Source of the DNA: an uncultured Anaerolineales bacterium
Lineage (GTDB): Bacteria > Chloroflexota > Anaerolineae > UBA1429
NCBI GenBank assembly: GCA_964567975.1
Contig: CAZMOW010000001.1
Coordinates: 26,607-90,606 of the forward strand
Direction: 5' to 3'
DNA: 64,000 bases
Positions 27,095 through 36,343 of this stretch are shown in pieces. Numbering within the stretch: the first letter of the stretch is position 1; each line of letters starts with the position of its first letter. The translations under genes and the position numbers were made by a program. The notes under the pieces are model-generated. The model had not been told where the DNA came from. It did no database searches and worked only from the letters and a program-made list of their open reading frames with translations.

Positions 27095-29317
27095 ATGGAT
27101 CTCTTTACCCACGCGCGAAAAGAACAAGAGGATGGAAAGGAACCCCTGCCTGCCCGCATGCGACCGCGGACGTTGGAAGAATTCGTGGGCCAGGAGCACG
27201 TGGTGGGGCCCGGACGTCTGCTCCGCCGCGCCATACAGGCCGATCAGATCTCCTCGCTCATATTCTACGGCCCCCCAGGAACGGGCAAAACGACCCTGGC
27301 CAGAATCATTGCCAATACGACGAGTTCGCGCTTTGTCACCCTGAATGCCGTCCTGACAGGGGTAAAGGATCTGCGAGAGGTCACCTCGCAGGCCAAGGAC
27401 GAACGGAGCTTTTACGGACGGCGCACCATCGTCTTTGTCGACGAGGTACACCGCTGGAACAAAGCCCAACAGGATGCCCTGCTGCCATGGGTGGAGAATG
27501 GCACCATCATCATGATCGGAGCCACCACCGAGAACCCCTGGTTCTCGGTGAACCGCCCCCTGCTCAGCCGAAGCCGCGTGTTCCAGTTAGAGCCTTTGAG
27601 CCAGGAGGATTTACGCGTCATCACCCAGAACGCCCTTACCGACTCTGAGCGAGGCTACGGGAAACTGGATGTAAAAGTCACAACCGAAGCCATGGATCAT
27701 CTGGTCGACGTGGCTAATGGGGATGCCCGCTCCCTGCTGAACGCCCTCGAACTGGCTGTGGAAACCACACCCTCTCAGGAGAATACAATAGTCGTCGACC
27801 TGGCTGTGGCCGAGGATTCCATCCAGGAACGGGCCGTGCTGTACGACCGCGAGGGCGACTACCACTTTGATACCATCAGCGCCTTTATCAAATCGTTGCG
27901 AGGGTCGGATTCCGATGCCGCCCTCTACTGGCTGGCCAAGATGGTTCATGCGGGGGAGGATCCCGATTTTATCTTTCGCCGTATGCTCATCCTGGCAGCC
28001 GAGGACGTGGGCCTTGCGGATCCCGATGCTGTGGTCATCGTCGAGGCCGCGGCCGCTGCTTTCGACCGCGTGGGGCTGCCAGAAGGGCAGTTTCACCTGG
28101 CAGAGGCCGCCCTCTATCTGGCCACAGCCCCCAAGTCCAACTCAGGCCTGGGATACTTTGACGCCTTGGAGGCAGTCAAAAAAGAGCGAACAGAGGTGCC
28201 AACCCACCTAAAGGACGGCAGCCGGGACAAAGAGGGCTTTGGCCATGGAGAGGGCTATCTATACCCCCATGCCTATCGGGAGCATTGGGTCGCCCAGCAA
28301 TACCTGCCGAATGCGCTGCAGGGCAACGTCTTCTACCAACCGAGTGATCAAGGCTATGAGAAGGATGTGAGAAAGCAAGTGCACCGGCGACGGGAGGAAC
28401 AGCTCGCCGCCGTGGTGGATGGCGACCTGGGGGTGGGGGAAGTGCTGACCTTCTCCCCAGAGAACCGCACGCAAGAACGCTGGTTGATGCGGGCAGTCAG
28501 CAACGCTGGACGTCGACTGGGCGAGCTTCGCGACCGCGTGTTCGAGCAGCTTTCGGTGCAGCGCCATCACCTTATATTGGACCTTAACGCCGGGTCTGGG
28601 CTCTTTGTTTGGGAGGCGCTGCGCCTGGCGCCAGAGGGCGGCGTCTGGGCTCTGGCCTCCGATGCACAGACCGCAGACGCCCTGCGACAGCAAAGCGAGC
28701 CGCTGCCCGAGTTGAGACGCCCCATCGTACTCCAGGGAAGCCTGGACAGATTGGCCGAGTTACTGGCCCAGAATGGCTATGAGGATGTACGCTTTGACGT
28801 CATGGTGGGCCGCAACGCTCTCATGCAGCAGGAGGACAAGAGAGGACTTGTCCTTTCCCTGCACAAGCTCCTTCAACCCGATGGCACCATCAGGCTGGTC
28901 GAGACCATCCCCCGGGAAACACAGCGCCTCTACAAGCTGGCGGACACGAGTTCGCTGCATGGTAAGACGGTTCAAGCCTGGCAAGAGGCGGAAGAGCAGA
29001 TCTATACGAATGAGCAGGATCCAATGGTTAACTGGGACATCCAGGACCTGAAAGAGATCTTTGCGGAAGCCGGATTTCAGGAAGCACAGGTTACGCGCGA
29101 GAGGATGGAGACGGAACGCCTGATAACGGACGAGCACATAGACCGCTGGTTCGATGCTCCGGTACAGGGTCGCCCAAGCTACGTCCAGCACCTGCGCCAG
29201 CGTCTTTCACAGAACGCCATCACAGAGATAGAAAAACTGTTCCAGGAGCAACTGGCCGGCAGAACGTGCCCCTGGCATACCACCATCGCCTTTGTGCGCG
29301 CCAAATTGCACAAGTAA
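27095..29317 (+). CDS. rarA: replication-associated recombination protein A (RarA/MgsA) fused to a C-terminal class-I SAM-methyltransferase-like domain
   Basis: Residues 1 to about 450 are canonical RarA: GPPGTGKTTLARIIA, FVDEVHRWNKAQQDALLPWVENG, and the MgsA_C block. Residues from about 470 to 740 carry LILDLNAGSGLFVWEA and LLQPDGTIRLVE. Confidence 0.85.
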   Translation: MDLFTHARKEQEDGKEPLPARMRPRTLEEFVGQEHVVGPGRLLRRAIQADQISSLIFYGPPGTGKTTLARIIANTTSSRFVTLNAVLTGVKDLREVTSQAKDERSFYGRRTIVFVDEVHRWNKAQQDALLPWVENGTIIMIGATTENPWFSVNRPLLSRSRVFQLEPLSQEDLRVITQNALTDSERGYGKLDVKVTTEAMDHLVDVANGDARSLLNALELAVETTPSQENTIVVDLAVAEDSIQERAVLYDREGDYHFDTISAFIKSLRGSDSDAALYWLAKMVHAGEDPDFIFRRMLILAAEDVGLADPDAVVIVEAAAAAFDRVGLPEGQFHLAEAALYLATAPKSNSGLGYFDALEAVKKERTEVPTHLKDGSRDKEGFGHGEGYLYPHAYREHWVAQQYLPNALQGNVFYQPSDQGYEKDVRKQVHRRREEQLAAVVDGDLGVGEVLTFSPENRTQERWLMRAVSNAGRRLGELRDRVFEQLSVQRHHLILDLNAGSGLFVWEALRLAPEGGVWALASDAQTADALRQQSEPLPELRRPIVLQGSLDRLAELLAQNGYEDVRFDVMVGRNALMQQEDKRGLVLSLHKLLQPDGTIRLVETIPRETQRLYKLADTSSLHGKTVQAWQEAEEQIYTNEQDPMVNWDIQDLKEIFAEAGFQEAQVTRERMETERLITDEHIDRWFDAPVQGRPSYVQHLRQRLSQNAITEIEKLFQEQLAGRTCPWHTTIAFVRAKLHK

Positions 29318-29359
29318 AACCGGTGCCCAAGCGGCCCAAGAAATGAAGGAGTCTTGATC

Positions 29360-30061
29360 ATGGATGATAGTCACTATCAGGCCCGCATCAAAGAGATGCC
29401 CAAGGAAGAGAGACCCCGCGAGCGCCTCGAACTGTACGGTGCCGGCGCTCTCTCCAATGCCGAACTCCTGGCCATCCTCCTACGCACGGGATCCAGAGGC
29501 GAGAGCGCCGTCGGCCTGGCCACGCGATTGTTGTCTACCTTTCACGGCCTTGACAGGGTCGCCGACGCCAGCCTTCGGGAACTGTGCGAACTCTCGGGCA
29601 TCGGCCCCGCCAAAGCCTGCCAGATCCTTGCCGCCATCGCCCTGGGGCGCCGCGCCGCGCTAGCCTCGGAGAATGGCCGACCCCAGATCGGCTCCCCCCA
29701 CGATGCGGCAAACGTCTTTATGGCCAGAATGATGGGCAAGCCCAAGGAGGAGATGCACGTCATGCTCCTGGATACAAAGCACAAGATGCTTCGCACAGCC
29801 ACCGTCTATATGGGCAGCCTTAATACGGCCATGGTGCGGGTCGGCGAAATATTTCGCGATGCCATCAAGGATAACGCGGCGGCCATCATCGTGGCCCACA
29901 ATCACCCAAGCGGGGATCCTTTTCCCTCTGCCGAGGACATACAGATCACCAAGGCTATCGTCGAGGCGGGCAAATTGCTGGATGTCGAGGTTCTCGACCA
30001 TCTCATCATCGGGGATGGTCGCTACCAATCGCTCAAGGAAAAGGGACTGGGATTCCACTAA
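29360..30061 (+). CDS. radC: RadC-family JAB/MPN domain protein
   Basis: It has HhH-like NAELLAILLRTG and GIGPAKACQILAA segments and the JAMM motif VAHNHPSGDPFPSAEDIQITK. The ATG at 29360 follows a GAAGGAG SD. Confidence 0.9.
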   Translation: MDDSHYQARIKEMPKEERPRERLELYGAGALSNAELLAILLRTGSRGESAVGLATRLLSTFHGLDRVADASLRELCELSGIGPAKACQILAAIALGRRAALASENGRPQIGSPHDAANVFMARMMGKPKEEMHVMLLDTKHKMLRTATVYMGSLNTAMVRVGEIFRDAIKDNAAAIIVAHNHPSGDPFPSAEDIQITKAIVEAGKLLDVEVLDHLIIGDGRYQSLKEKGLGFH

Positions 30062-30105
30062 GCCACCGTCAGACCATCCGTTGCCCAGACGAAAGGAGTT
30101 GGAGA

Positions 30106-30666
30106 ATGGGAGAGGCCAAAAAGCCGCTTCCAGTAAAGCTTATCATGCCCATGTTCAGCCGGGACGAGGCACTCCTGGACGGGGCAAAGGAGATGTTGAG
30201 CGCCCACCTCGGCCCCACAGACTATAAAAGCCGTCACCTGCTTTTCGATCACACTACCTATTATGAGGAGGAGATGGGCAGCGGTCTGAAGCGCCAATTC
30301 CTCTCCTTCGAAAAGCTCATCGACCCGGGAGCCATCGCCAGCATCAAGACGCTGACGAACGAACTGGAGGAACAGTGGAGTCGAGACGGAAGACGGAGGA
30401 TTAACCTTGATCCAGGATATGTCGCCGCGGCCAAGCTCGTCCTCGCCACCACCAAGAATCATGGACACCGCATATATCTGCATCAGGGAATATACGCCGA
30501 AGTGACGCTCATATACCGCGAGGGGGATTTTCGTCCCCTGCCGTGGACATATCCCGATTACCGAACCGAGGCCTATAGAGAGATCATGCGCGCCATCAGA
30601 GAGATCTATATGGCGCAACTCGACCAACTGCGAAGCTCTGGACAGCTTATTCGACGATTAGATTGA
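30106..30666 (+). CDS. DUF4416-like protein
   Basis: The pattern PVKLIMPMFS...YYEEEMG..L.R.F.SFEKLI.P..L..IK..TN.LE...RR.INLDPGY....KLVLATTK...HRIYL..GIYAEVTL..WTYPDY matches my memory of DUF4416. Confidence 0.55.
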   Translation: MGEAKKPLPVKLIMPMFSRDEALLDGAKEMLSAHLGPTDYKSRHLLFDHTTYYEEEMGSGLKRQFLSFEKLIDPGAIASIKTLTNELEEQWSRDGRRRINLDPGYVAAAKLVLATTKNHGHRIYLHQGIYAEVTLIYREGDFRPLPWTYPDYRTEAYREIMRAIREIYMAQLDQLRSSGQLIRRLD

Positions 30667-31861
30667 TATCCGAAACCAGACTCTCATAGTCCCATCCCGA
30701 CGCATACACTCGCAGACGGATGATCCTATAGGGCCGAATGGGCAAAGTCTCCAAAAGATTCTCGGACTGGAATAAGTACCAGCGATCTTGGGGTACTCTC
30801 ACCCCAAAGGTGGTGGGATTCTCCTCCACGTTCTGATAGTAAAAGCCCCTCACCCATTCAGCCTCGCTGTCATAGACATCCCGATAGGTCAGACGGATCA
30901 TCAGGGGATACTCGGAACTCAGATATCCTCCGCCCGACAGGGTCTGATAACGCACTTTGACGTTAGCACGCACAACAAGGGAACTAACTGGCTCGGCTAT
31001 GGTGCGATCGATGGTTTGCTCAAGGACGGTCTCACAATGATTGCCGTGACCGCCCGTCCGCGAAAACTCTACCGCTTCGCGACCCTCATCGACGACCAGC
31101 GAGAAGCTACCATCCACGTCGCCCCCATCGGTACCTTGATCGTTAAACGCATGCCAGCCCCTTTCCAACCCCTCAGAGAAATCGCCATTGACCACCAGAT
31201 TGCGCGCCGCATCCACGGGAGGAGCGGGAGGCTGCCCAAAGGCCACCTCCGTGCGCTGACGGGGCATCACCTCCACACTATCTTCCCTATCATCCACTGC
31301 GCTCACACGAGCCTGGCCCCGGGCGTAGACGGTGATCCCCGAACGCCTGTTCGTGGCTTCCAATGCATAACTTCCATCCGCCGCCAAAGAAATATCCGCA
31401 TGAAGAGTGGTCACCCGAAAATCGAGGGGGGAGTCGGAGGAAAGTGCCGTGCCCACGTATATCTGACCCCCCGACAGGCCAACATGTATGCTGTTCGCCG
31501 ACTTGCCAGCCTCGTACCGCGGCGAACGCATACGCTCCAGATATACAGTGGTTCCCGGAAACAGACGCACAAAGCTTTGATCAAAAAAGGTGATCATCGC
31601 CTCAGAGGTCTCATCCACGCGAACGACACTTCCCTCTGGCACCTGCATGTCCTCTCCGCTTTCCAGAGGGACAAATCCCCGCCCCACAGGAGGCTCGACG
31701 ATGACGGTGCCCGTGAGGGCCTCTAGCGAGGCCTCGGGATTCTCTTCCGCATACAGCACGTGATAACGGATGCCAAGAGGTACCGCAGTGACGATCAGGC
31801 AGAATACGAGAAAAGCCGTGAGCAATGCGATCCAGGCGATGCGTCCGGGATCTTGACCCAT
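30647..31861 (-). CDS. membrane-anchored hypothetical protein (FecR-like N-terminal beta domain plus unknown C-terminal domain)
   Basis: It has a single N-terminal TM helix (IAWIALLTAFLVFCLIVTAV) and a beta-rich remainder. The coding signal is good. Its 3' end overlaps the convergent DUF4416 gene by 20 nt. Confidence 0.5.
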   Translation of the reverse strand: MGQDPGRIAWIALLTAFLVFCLIVTAVPLGIRYHVLYAEENPEASLEALTGTVIVEPPVGRGFVPLESGEDMQVPEGSVVRVDETSEAMITFFDQSFVRLFPGTTVYLERMRSPRYEAGKSANSIHVGLSGGQIYVGTALSSDSPLDFRVTTLHADISLAADGSYALEATNRRSGITVYARGQARVSAVDDREDSVEVMPRQRTEVAFGQPPAPPVDAARNLVVNGDFSEGLERGWHAFNDQGTDGGDVDGSFSLVVDEGREAVEFSRTGGHGNHCETVLEQTIDRTIAEPVSSLVVRANVKVRYQTLSGGGYLSSEYPLMIRLTYRDVYDSEAEWVRGFYYQNVEENPTTFGVRVPQDRWYLFQSENLLETLPIRPYRIIRLRVYASGWDYESLVSDINLIVE

Positions 31862-32164
31862 CTAGTAGCGTACTCCAAACGTTTCAAACTCGCCCTTGAA
31901 CGATTCCCAGTCTGTGTCCACCTCTTCAACGTCCGCCAGTCTGGGCCCAGTGTGTAACCAGGACAAAAACTGTCGCACGGGTTCCTCCGCCCCTTCCGCA
32001 ACCACTTCTACGGTCCCATCGCTACGATTGCGTATATAGCCCATAATGCCCAGGCCACGCGCCGTCTCACGAGCGTTATAACGAAACCCCACCCCCTGAA
32101 CACGACCAGAAATGGAGGCGTGGAAGCGTTCCTTTGCCTCATCGCTATCGACATCTTGGGTCAT
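31862..32164 (-). CDS. acyP: acylphosphatase
   Basis: The protein is about 100 aa and carries the GRVQGVGFR signature. Confidence 0.9.
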   Translation of the reverse strand: MTQDVDSDEAKERFHASISGRVQGVGFRYNARETARGLGIMGYIRNRSDGTVEVVAEGAEEPVRQFLSWLHTGPRLADVEEVDTDWESFKGEFETFGVRY

Positions 32165-32209
32165 AAATCACATCACCTTATTATGTTAATAACCATTATG
32201 CATGGAATT

Positions 32210-33235
32210 TTAGCCTATGTCGAGGAATTCGTCGGCCCACTCCTCGCCCTCATCATCTTCCTCGACCTCCTGCTCCTCCAATATCGACTCGTCAAGGGGA
32301 ACGTCGAGCATACCCAAAGGTTCCTCAAGAAACTGCATCTCCTCCAAGGCCTCCGAGGCCGCATCCCTGAGGGCCTCATCCCCTTCCTCCACACAATACT
32401 CCAGCACTTTTTCGGCACGCTCCCCGCCGATCTGCCCCAGGGCCCAGATAGCCATAGTTTGCACCTGACGATCCGTATCCTGGAGCAACTCTATTAGCGG
32501 ATCGACCGCCCGCTCCAGCCGAATTTCTCCACAAGCGCGGGCGGCTTCGTAGCGCATAGCGGGAGAGCGACTGCCAAGCTCTCCTATCACGATATCCGCC
32601 CAACGCGCATCTGCACTACGTCCCATGGCAAAGACAGCGCTCTCACACATAAGCTGTCCGCCGCGCTCATAAGCCCCCTCGATGATGCGATATACCTCTT
32701 CCTCATTGATATAGGCCAGGGACTCGATGGTTCTACGCACAACTTCTGTATCCTCGTCCTCGTGAATGGCACGAGTCAGCGCCTCCTCGATGGCGTCGCC
32801 CAACCGCCCGCTCACTTTTTCGCACTCGGCCATAAACAGAAAACGTCCCAGCGCTGTAGCCGCCGCCGCACGTACCCGGGCGGCGGGATCCGAGGCGAGC
32901 ATCTTTAGAAGGCGTTCGGCAAGACCACTCCGTTCCTCCTCCCACAATCCCTCTATGGCGCGACGACGCACCACGGCGTCCTCGCTGTCAAGACAAAAGT
33001 AAAAGAAAGCCCTATAATCGAGGCGAAAATCCTCCTCCGCATAGGCCAGCATCTTTTTCAGTATTTCACGCTGGCGCTGACGATCCAGGGCATCAAATCT
33101 CTCCTCAAGTTGCCTCTCCTCGGCTCGCGTGAGAACGGAAAAGCGTTTCAAAAGCCGACGATTGAGCGACTCTCTGCTATCCATAAGCTTGTCCAACGCG
33201 GTATCAAAATCTTCCGTCATATCATCTTCTTTCAT
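32210..33235 (-). CDS. HEAT-repeat protein
   Basis: It has repeated HEAT/PBS-lyase-like units (PAARVRAAAATALGRF, SPAMRYEAARACGEI, DRQVQTMAIWALGQIG) and an acidic tail. The start is uncertain (33220, 33235 or 33277). Confidence 0.7.
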   Translation of the reverse strand: MKEDDMTEDFDTALDKLMDSRESLNRRLLKRFSVLTRAEERQLEERFDALDRQRQREILKKMLAYAEEDFRLDYRAFFYFCLDSEDAVVRRRAIEGLWEEERSGLAERLLKMLASDPAARVRAAAATALGRFLFMAECEKVSGRLGDAIEEALTRAIHEDEDTEVVRRTIESLAYINEEEVYRIIEGAYERGGQLMCESAVFAMGRSADARWADIVIGELGSRSPAMRYEAARACGEIRLERAVDPLIELLQDTDRQVQTMAIWALGQIGGERAEKVLEYCVEEGDEALRDAASEALEEMQFLEEPLGMLDVPLDESILEEQEVEEDDEGEEWADEFLDIG

Positions 33236-33251
33236 CAAAACGAGAAACTCG

Positions 33252-34292
33252 TTAACCAAAGTAACGTTGATAATCAAAATACGTTATCACTAACATGAAA
33301 GCAAGCAGGACGGCCATACCAATGGTATGAACCAATGCCTCCTTTTCGGGAGGTACCCTTTCTCCTCCTCGCAGCCACTCCAGTGCCACAAACAGCAGTC
33401 GCCCCCCATCCAAAGCGGGCAAAGGTAAAAGATTGAGCAAAAAAAGATTGAGGCTTAAAAACCCGGTGAACTCGATCAGACGTTCCAATCCCGTCTTGGC
33501 CACCTCAACCGTCTGTTGATAGATGCCAATGGGCCCTGTGACCTGAAGGGGCACCGACAGATCCTGACGGATGGCGGCTCGAATAGTGTAAAAGACCGCT
33601 CGAATCGTATTATATACGGCGGCAAATCCTTTGGGCACTGCTTCCCACACGGGATACCGTCGACGCACAAGGGGAAGATCAAGCGCCACTCCCAAAGCCC
33701 CCTCGTTTGGTGGCGGATCCTTACGGGGTGTGACCGTCACAGGTGAGAGAATCTCCCCTTCACGCTGTATCACGAGGGTGATAGATTGTCCCGCATTTTC
33801 AGAGATGATCTCCATGGCCTCGCTTACATCCTGGATCTTTTCATCATTGACCTCCACCATAGTATCTCCTGGCCGAAGGCCAGCCGCTTCGGCGGGCGAA
33901 TGGGGGGCTACATAGTAGATGCCCGCCCCCGGGGCCTCCACCGGCGTCAGGGCGCCCAACATAAAAGAAGAACTATAAAGAGCGATGGCTAGAAAAAGAT
34001 TCATCAACGAGCCGGCCGCCAGGACGATGGCGCGCACTTTGCGACTCTTACGCGCCAAGCTCCCCTCAGCCGTCGGATCATCCTCATTCATCCGCACAAA
34101 GCCCCCGACCGGCAGCGCGTTGAGGGTGATTCGCGTGCCCTGCCAGGTACCCAACTGCAGCAACCGTGGGGGATATCCAAAACCAAACTCCTCCACCCGG
34201 ACGCCGGCCAACTTGGCAGTTATGAAATGTCCAAACTCATGGACAAACACCAACAAGCTAAAAACTATGATAAAGGAAAGAAATCCAGTCAT
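33252..34292 (-). CDS. RseP-like site-2 (M50) membrane metalloprotease with PDZ domain
   Basis: It has an HEFGH zinc motif in TM1, a PDZ segment (PAEAAGLRPGDTMVEVN) and the C-terminal NLLPLPALDGG motif. Confidence 0.9.
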   Translation of the reverse strand: MTGFLSFIIVFSLLVFVHEFGHFITAKLAGVRVEEFGFGYPPRLLQLGTWQGTRITLNALPVGGFVRMNEDDPTAEGSLARKSRKVRAIVLAAGSLMNLFLAIALYSSSFMLGALTPVEAPGAGIYYVAPHSPAEAAGLRPGDTMVEVNDEKIQDVSEAMEIISENAGQSITLVIQREGEILSPVTVTPRKDPPPNEGALGVALDLPLVRRRYPVWEAVPKGFAAVYNTIRAVFYTIRAAIRQDLSVPLQVTGPIGIYQQTVEVAKTGLERLIEFTGFLSLNLFLLNLLPLPALDGGRLLFVALEWLRGGERVPPEKEALVHTIGMAVLLAFMLVITYFDYQRYFG

Positions 34293-34350
34293 GCCACCCA
34301 GCTCCTACACTATATGATGACGAAAAGCACTCACCTCTCGGCGAATGACA

Positions 34351-35163
34351 CTAGTAGCGCAACAGAGTGCCTTCCTGGCGTTCTGGCTCTACCAGCACGC
34401 GCTCGATAAGGTGATCTCTACGCCCCGTGATGATACGCACAGCGAGGTTCGGCTGCTCGCTTACCAGGGAAAAGAGGTACTGCACTTTGCTTATCATGCC
34501 CCCCGTCACGTCGGTGCCAAAGGAGCGAGAAAGCATCTCTTCAACCTGCCCATAGTTGCTTGACGTTATCTCCGGAATCAAGCGCACGATAGAATCCCTG
34601 TGGGGATCGCCAGAGTAGACGCCGGCCACCTCCCCCGCCATGATAATGCGCTGAGGGCGCAGCCGCCGTGCCAGCAGTGCGAATAACTGCTCCGTGGACA
34701 CGATGGTACACCCTCTGGCCTCATCGAGCGCCACGTCACCGTACACCAAGGGTATAACTCCTCGATGCAAAAGCTCCACAACGGGATCGATGGCCAGATC
34801 CATCAACTCTCCGTCTTGACAATGGGCGGACGCCGAGGCTTGCAGTGACACGACGGGAACATCTTCCGAGAGGAGTGTGTCGGTGACGAGACGATTCAAC
34901 CGCTGCGCGGCTGCACTCGTCTCTGCATACCCCATCCAATTTTCCAGATTCCCCTCATGGATCTTGTACCGATCGGCAACGAAATGACCAAAGGATCCAC
35001 TACCATGGCCCAGCACCAATTGCATATCCTCTCGCGCCTCCAGAGCGGTGCGAATCTCCCTGGCAACACGCGAGATGACAGCGGGTCGGGGCGTCTCATA
35101 GCGCCTCTTGTCTGTGATGAGCGAGCCCCCCAATTTAAGAAACACAAGTTCTCCCATGGGCAA
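34351..35163 (-). CDS. isopentenyl phosphate kinase (amino-acid-kinase fold)
   Basis: FLKLGGSLITDK and LVLGHGSGSFGH, together with the length (about 270 aa), fit IPK of the alternative mevalonate pathway. Confidence 0.75.
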   Translation of the reverse strand: MPMGELVFLKLGGSLITDKRRYETPRPAVISRVAREIRTALEAREDMQLVLGHGSGSFGHFVADRYKIHEGNLENWMGYAETSAAAQRLNRLVTDTLLSEDVPVVSLQASASAHCQDGELMDLAIDPVVELLHRGVIPLVYGDVALDEARGCTIVSTEQLFALLARRLRPQRIIMAGEVAGVYSGDPHRDSIVRLIPEITSSNYGQVEEMLSRSFGTDVTGGMISKVQYLFSLVSEQPNLAVRIITGRRDHLIERVLVEPERQEGTLLRY

Positions 35164-35201
35164 TCACCTCCTCAGCAGAATATGCGGCACATGGCCGCTA
35201 C

Positions 35202-36146
35202 TTATTCCCCCTCCCTCTCGACCTTGTCCACGACATCGCGCATGACGCGATAATGGTCAAGATCCTTGGGCACAATCGTGCGGGGAAAGATGGCCTGAGC
35301 CTCGCGGGCGATCTGGTATTCCGAATAGCGCCTTGAGATATGCACCAGGAACAGACGCCCCACCTCGGCATCGCGAGCCAGTTCCGCCGCCTGCGCGGCC
35401 GTGAGGTGACCAAAGCGGTCGGCCAACTCTTTATCTCGCGCTAAATACGTGGATTCGATAACCAGTGCATCGGCCTTGTGGCTCACCTCAAGCAGGTTTT
35501 CCGTGCGCGCCGTATCCCCCACGTGGATGAGCTTGGTCCCCCTGACCTCCTCACCCAAAACCTGATCGGGCTCCACAAGCGTTCCATCCTCGAGCCTGAT
35601 GGCCTCGCCTCGGACGAGCAAACTCCTCTCTGGACCATGGGGTACTCCCAATTTCTCCGCCTTCTCTGCCAGAAAAGGCCGCCGGCTATCTTCCTCAAAA
35701 AGATAGCCATAGCAACCGGGGCCACGATGTGTCACGGGAAGAGCCGAGACCCTCATCGAGCCCGCCTCCCACACACGACCAGGGCGAATGGCGACCAATT
35801 CCACATCCAAATGTATATCGCCTCCCCGCAGGACGACATCCATCAGATCTTTGACCCGTTGTAAAGCCCATTCTCCACCATAGATCCGCAATGTGGAGAT
35901 GGATTCCCAGCGCGAAAAAGTCGAGACGAGTCCCCCAAGGCCCAGAATATGATCCAGATGACCATGTGTCAAAAGGATCTTGTCCAATTTCCTGAACCCC
36001 ATTCCGCTGCGCAGCAGCTGCCGCTGGGTCCCCTCGCCACAATCGACGAGAAAGCGTTGATCTTGATAAAGAATCAGCGTAGAAGATAGTCCCCGGTCAA
36101 CAGAGGGCGCCGAGGCAGAAGTCCCGAGAAATACGATCTCAAACAT
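35202..36146 (-). CDS. rnz: ribonuclease Z
   Basis: MFEIVFLGTSASAP, the LTHGHLDHILGL metallo-beta-lactamase motif, and RNase Z length. Confidence 0.9.
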   Translation of the reverse strand: MFEIVFLGTSASAPSVDRGLSSTLILYQDQRFLVDCGEGTQRQLLRSGMGFRKLDKILLTHGHLDHILGLGGLVSTFSRWESISTLRIYGGEWALQRVKDLMDVVLRGGDIHLDVELVAIRPGRVWEAGSMRVSALPVTHRGPGCYGYLFEEDSRRPFLAEKAEKLGVPHGPERSLLVRGEAIRLEDGTLVEPDQVLGEEVRGTKLIHVGDTARTENLLEVSHKADALVIESTYLARDKELADRFGHLTAAQAAELARDAEVGRLFLVHISRRYSEYQIAREAQAIFPRTIVPKDLDHYRVMRDVVDKVEREGE

Positions 36147-36279
36147 CCAACGATCGTCTTTCTAGCATCCAGCCCCCTGTCCCATAGTACCATACGGCCA
36201 AAGCTTACTTTCCACCTAGTCTTCCAATGCTCCAGCGACACCAAGATTTATACCACGCGGCAGAACAAGAGGCAAACGA

Positions 36280-36316
36280 CAGGTGAGGAGACAGTCAAAA
36301 ACCGTCTCCTCACCTG
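36280..36316 (-). terminator. intrinsic terminator candidate after the lon/PHP operon
   Basis: A perfect 13-bp stem, CAGGUGAGGAGAC/GUCUCCUCACCUG, has an 11-nt loop and lies 28 nt downstream of the stop at 36344. On the minus strand it is followed by UCGUUUGCCUCUUGUU. Confidence 0.55.
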
Positions 36317-36343
36317 CCCGCCCCACCGGACTATCTATCGAGT

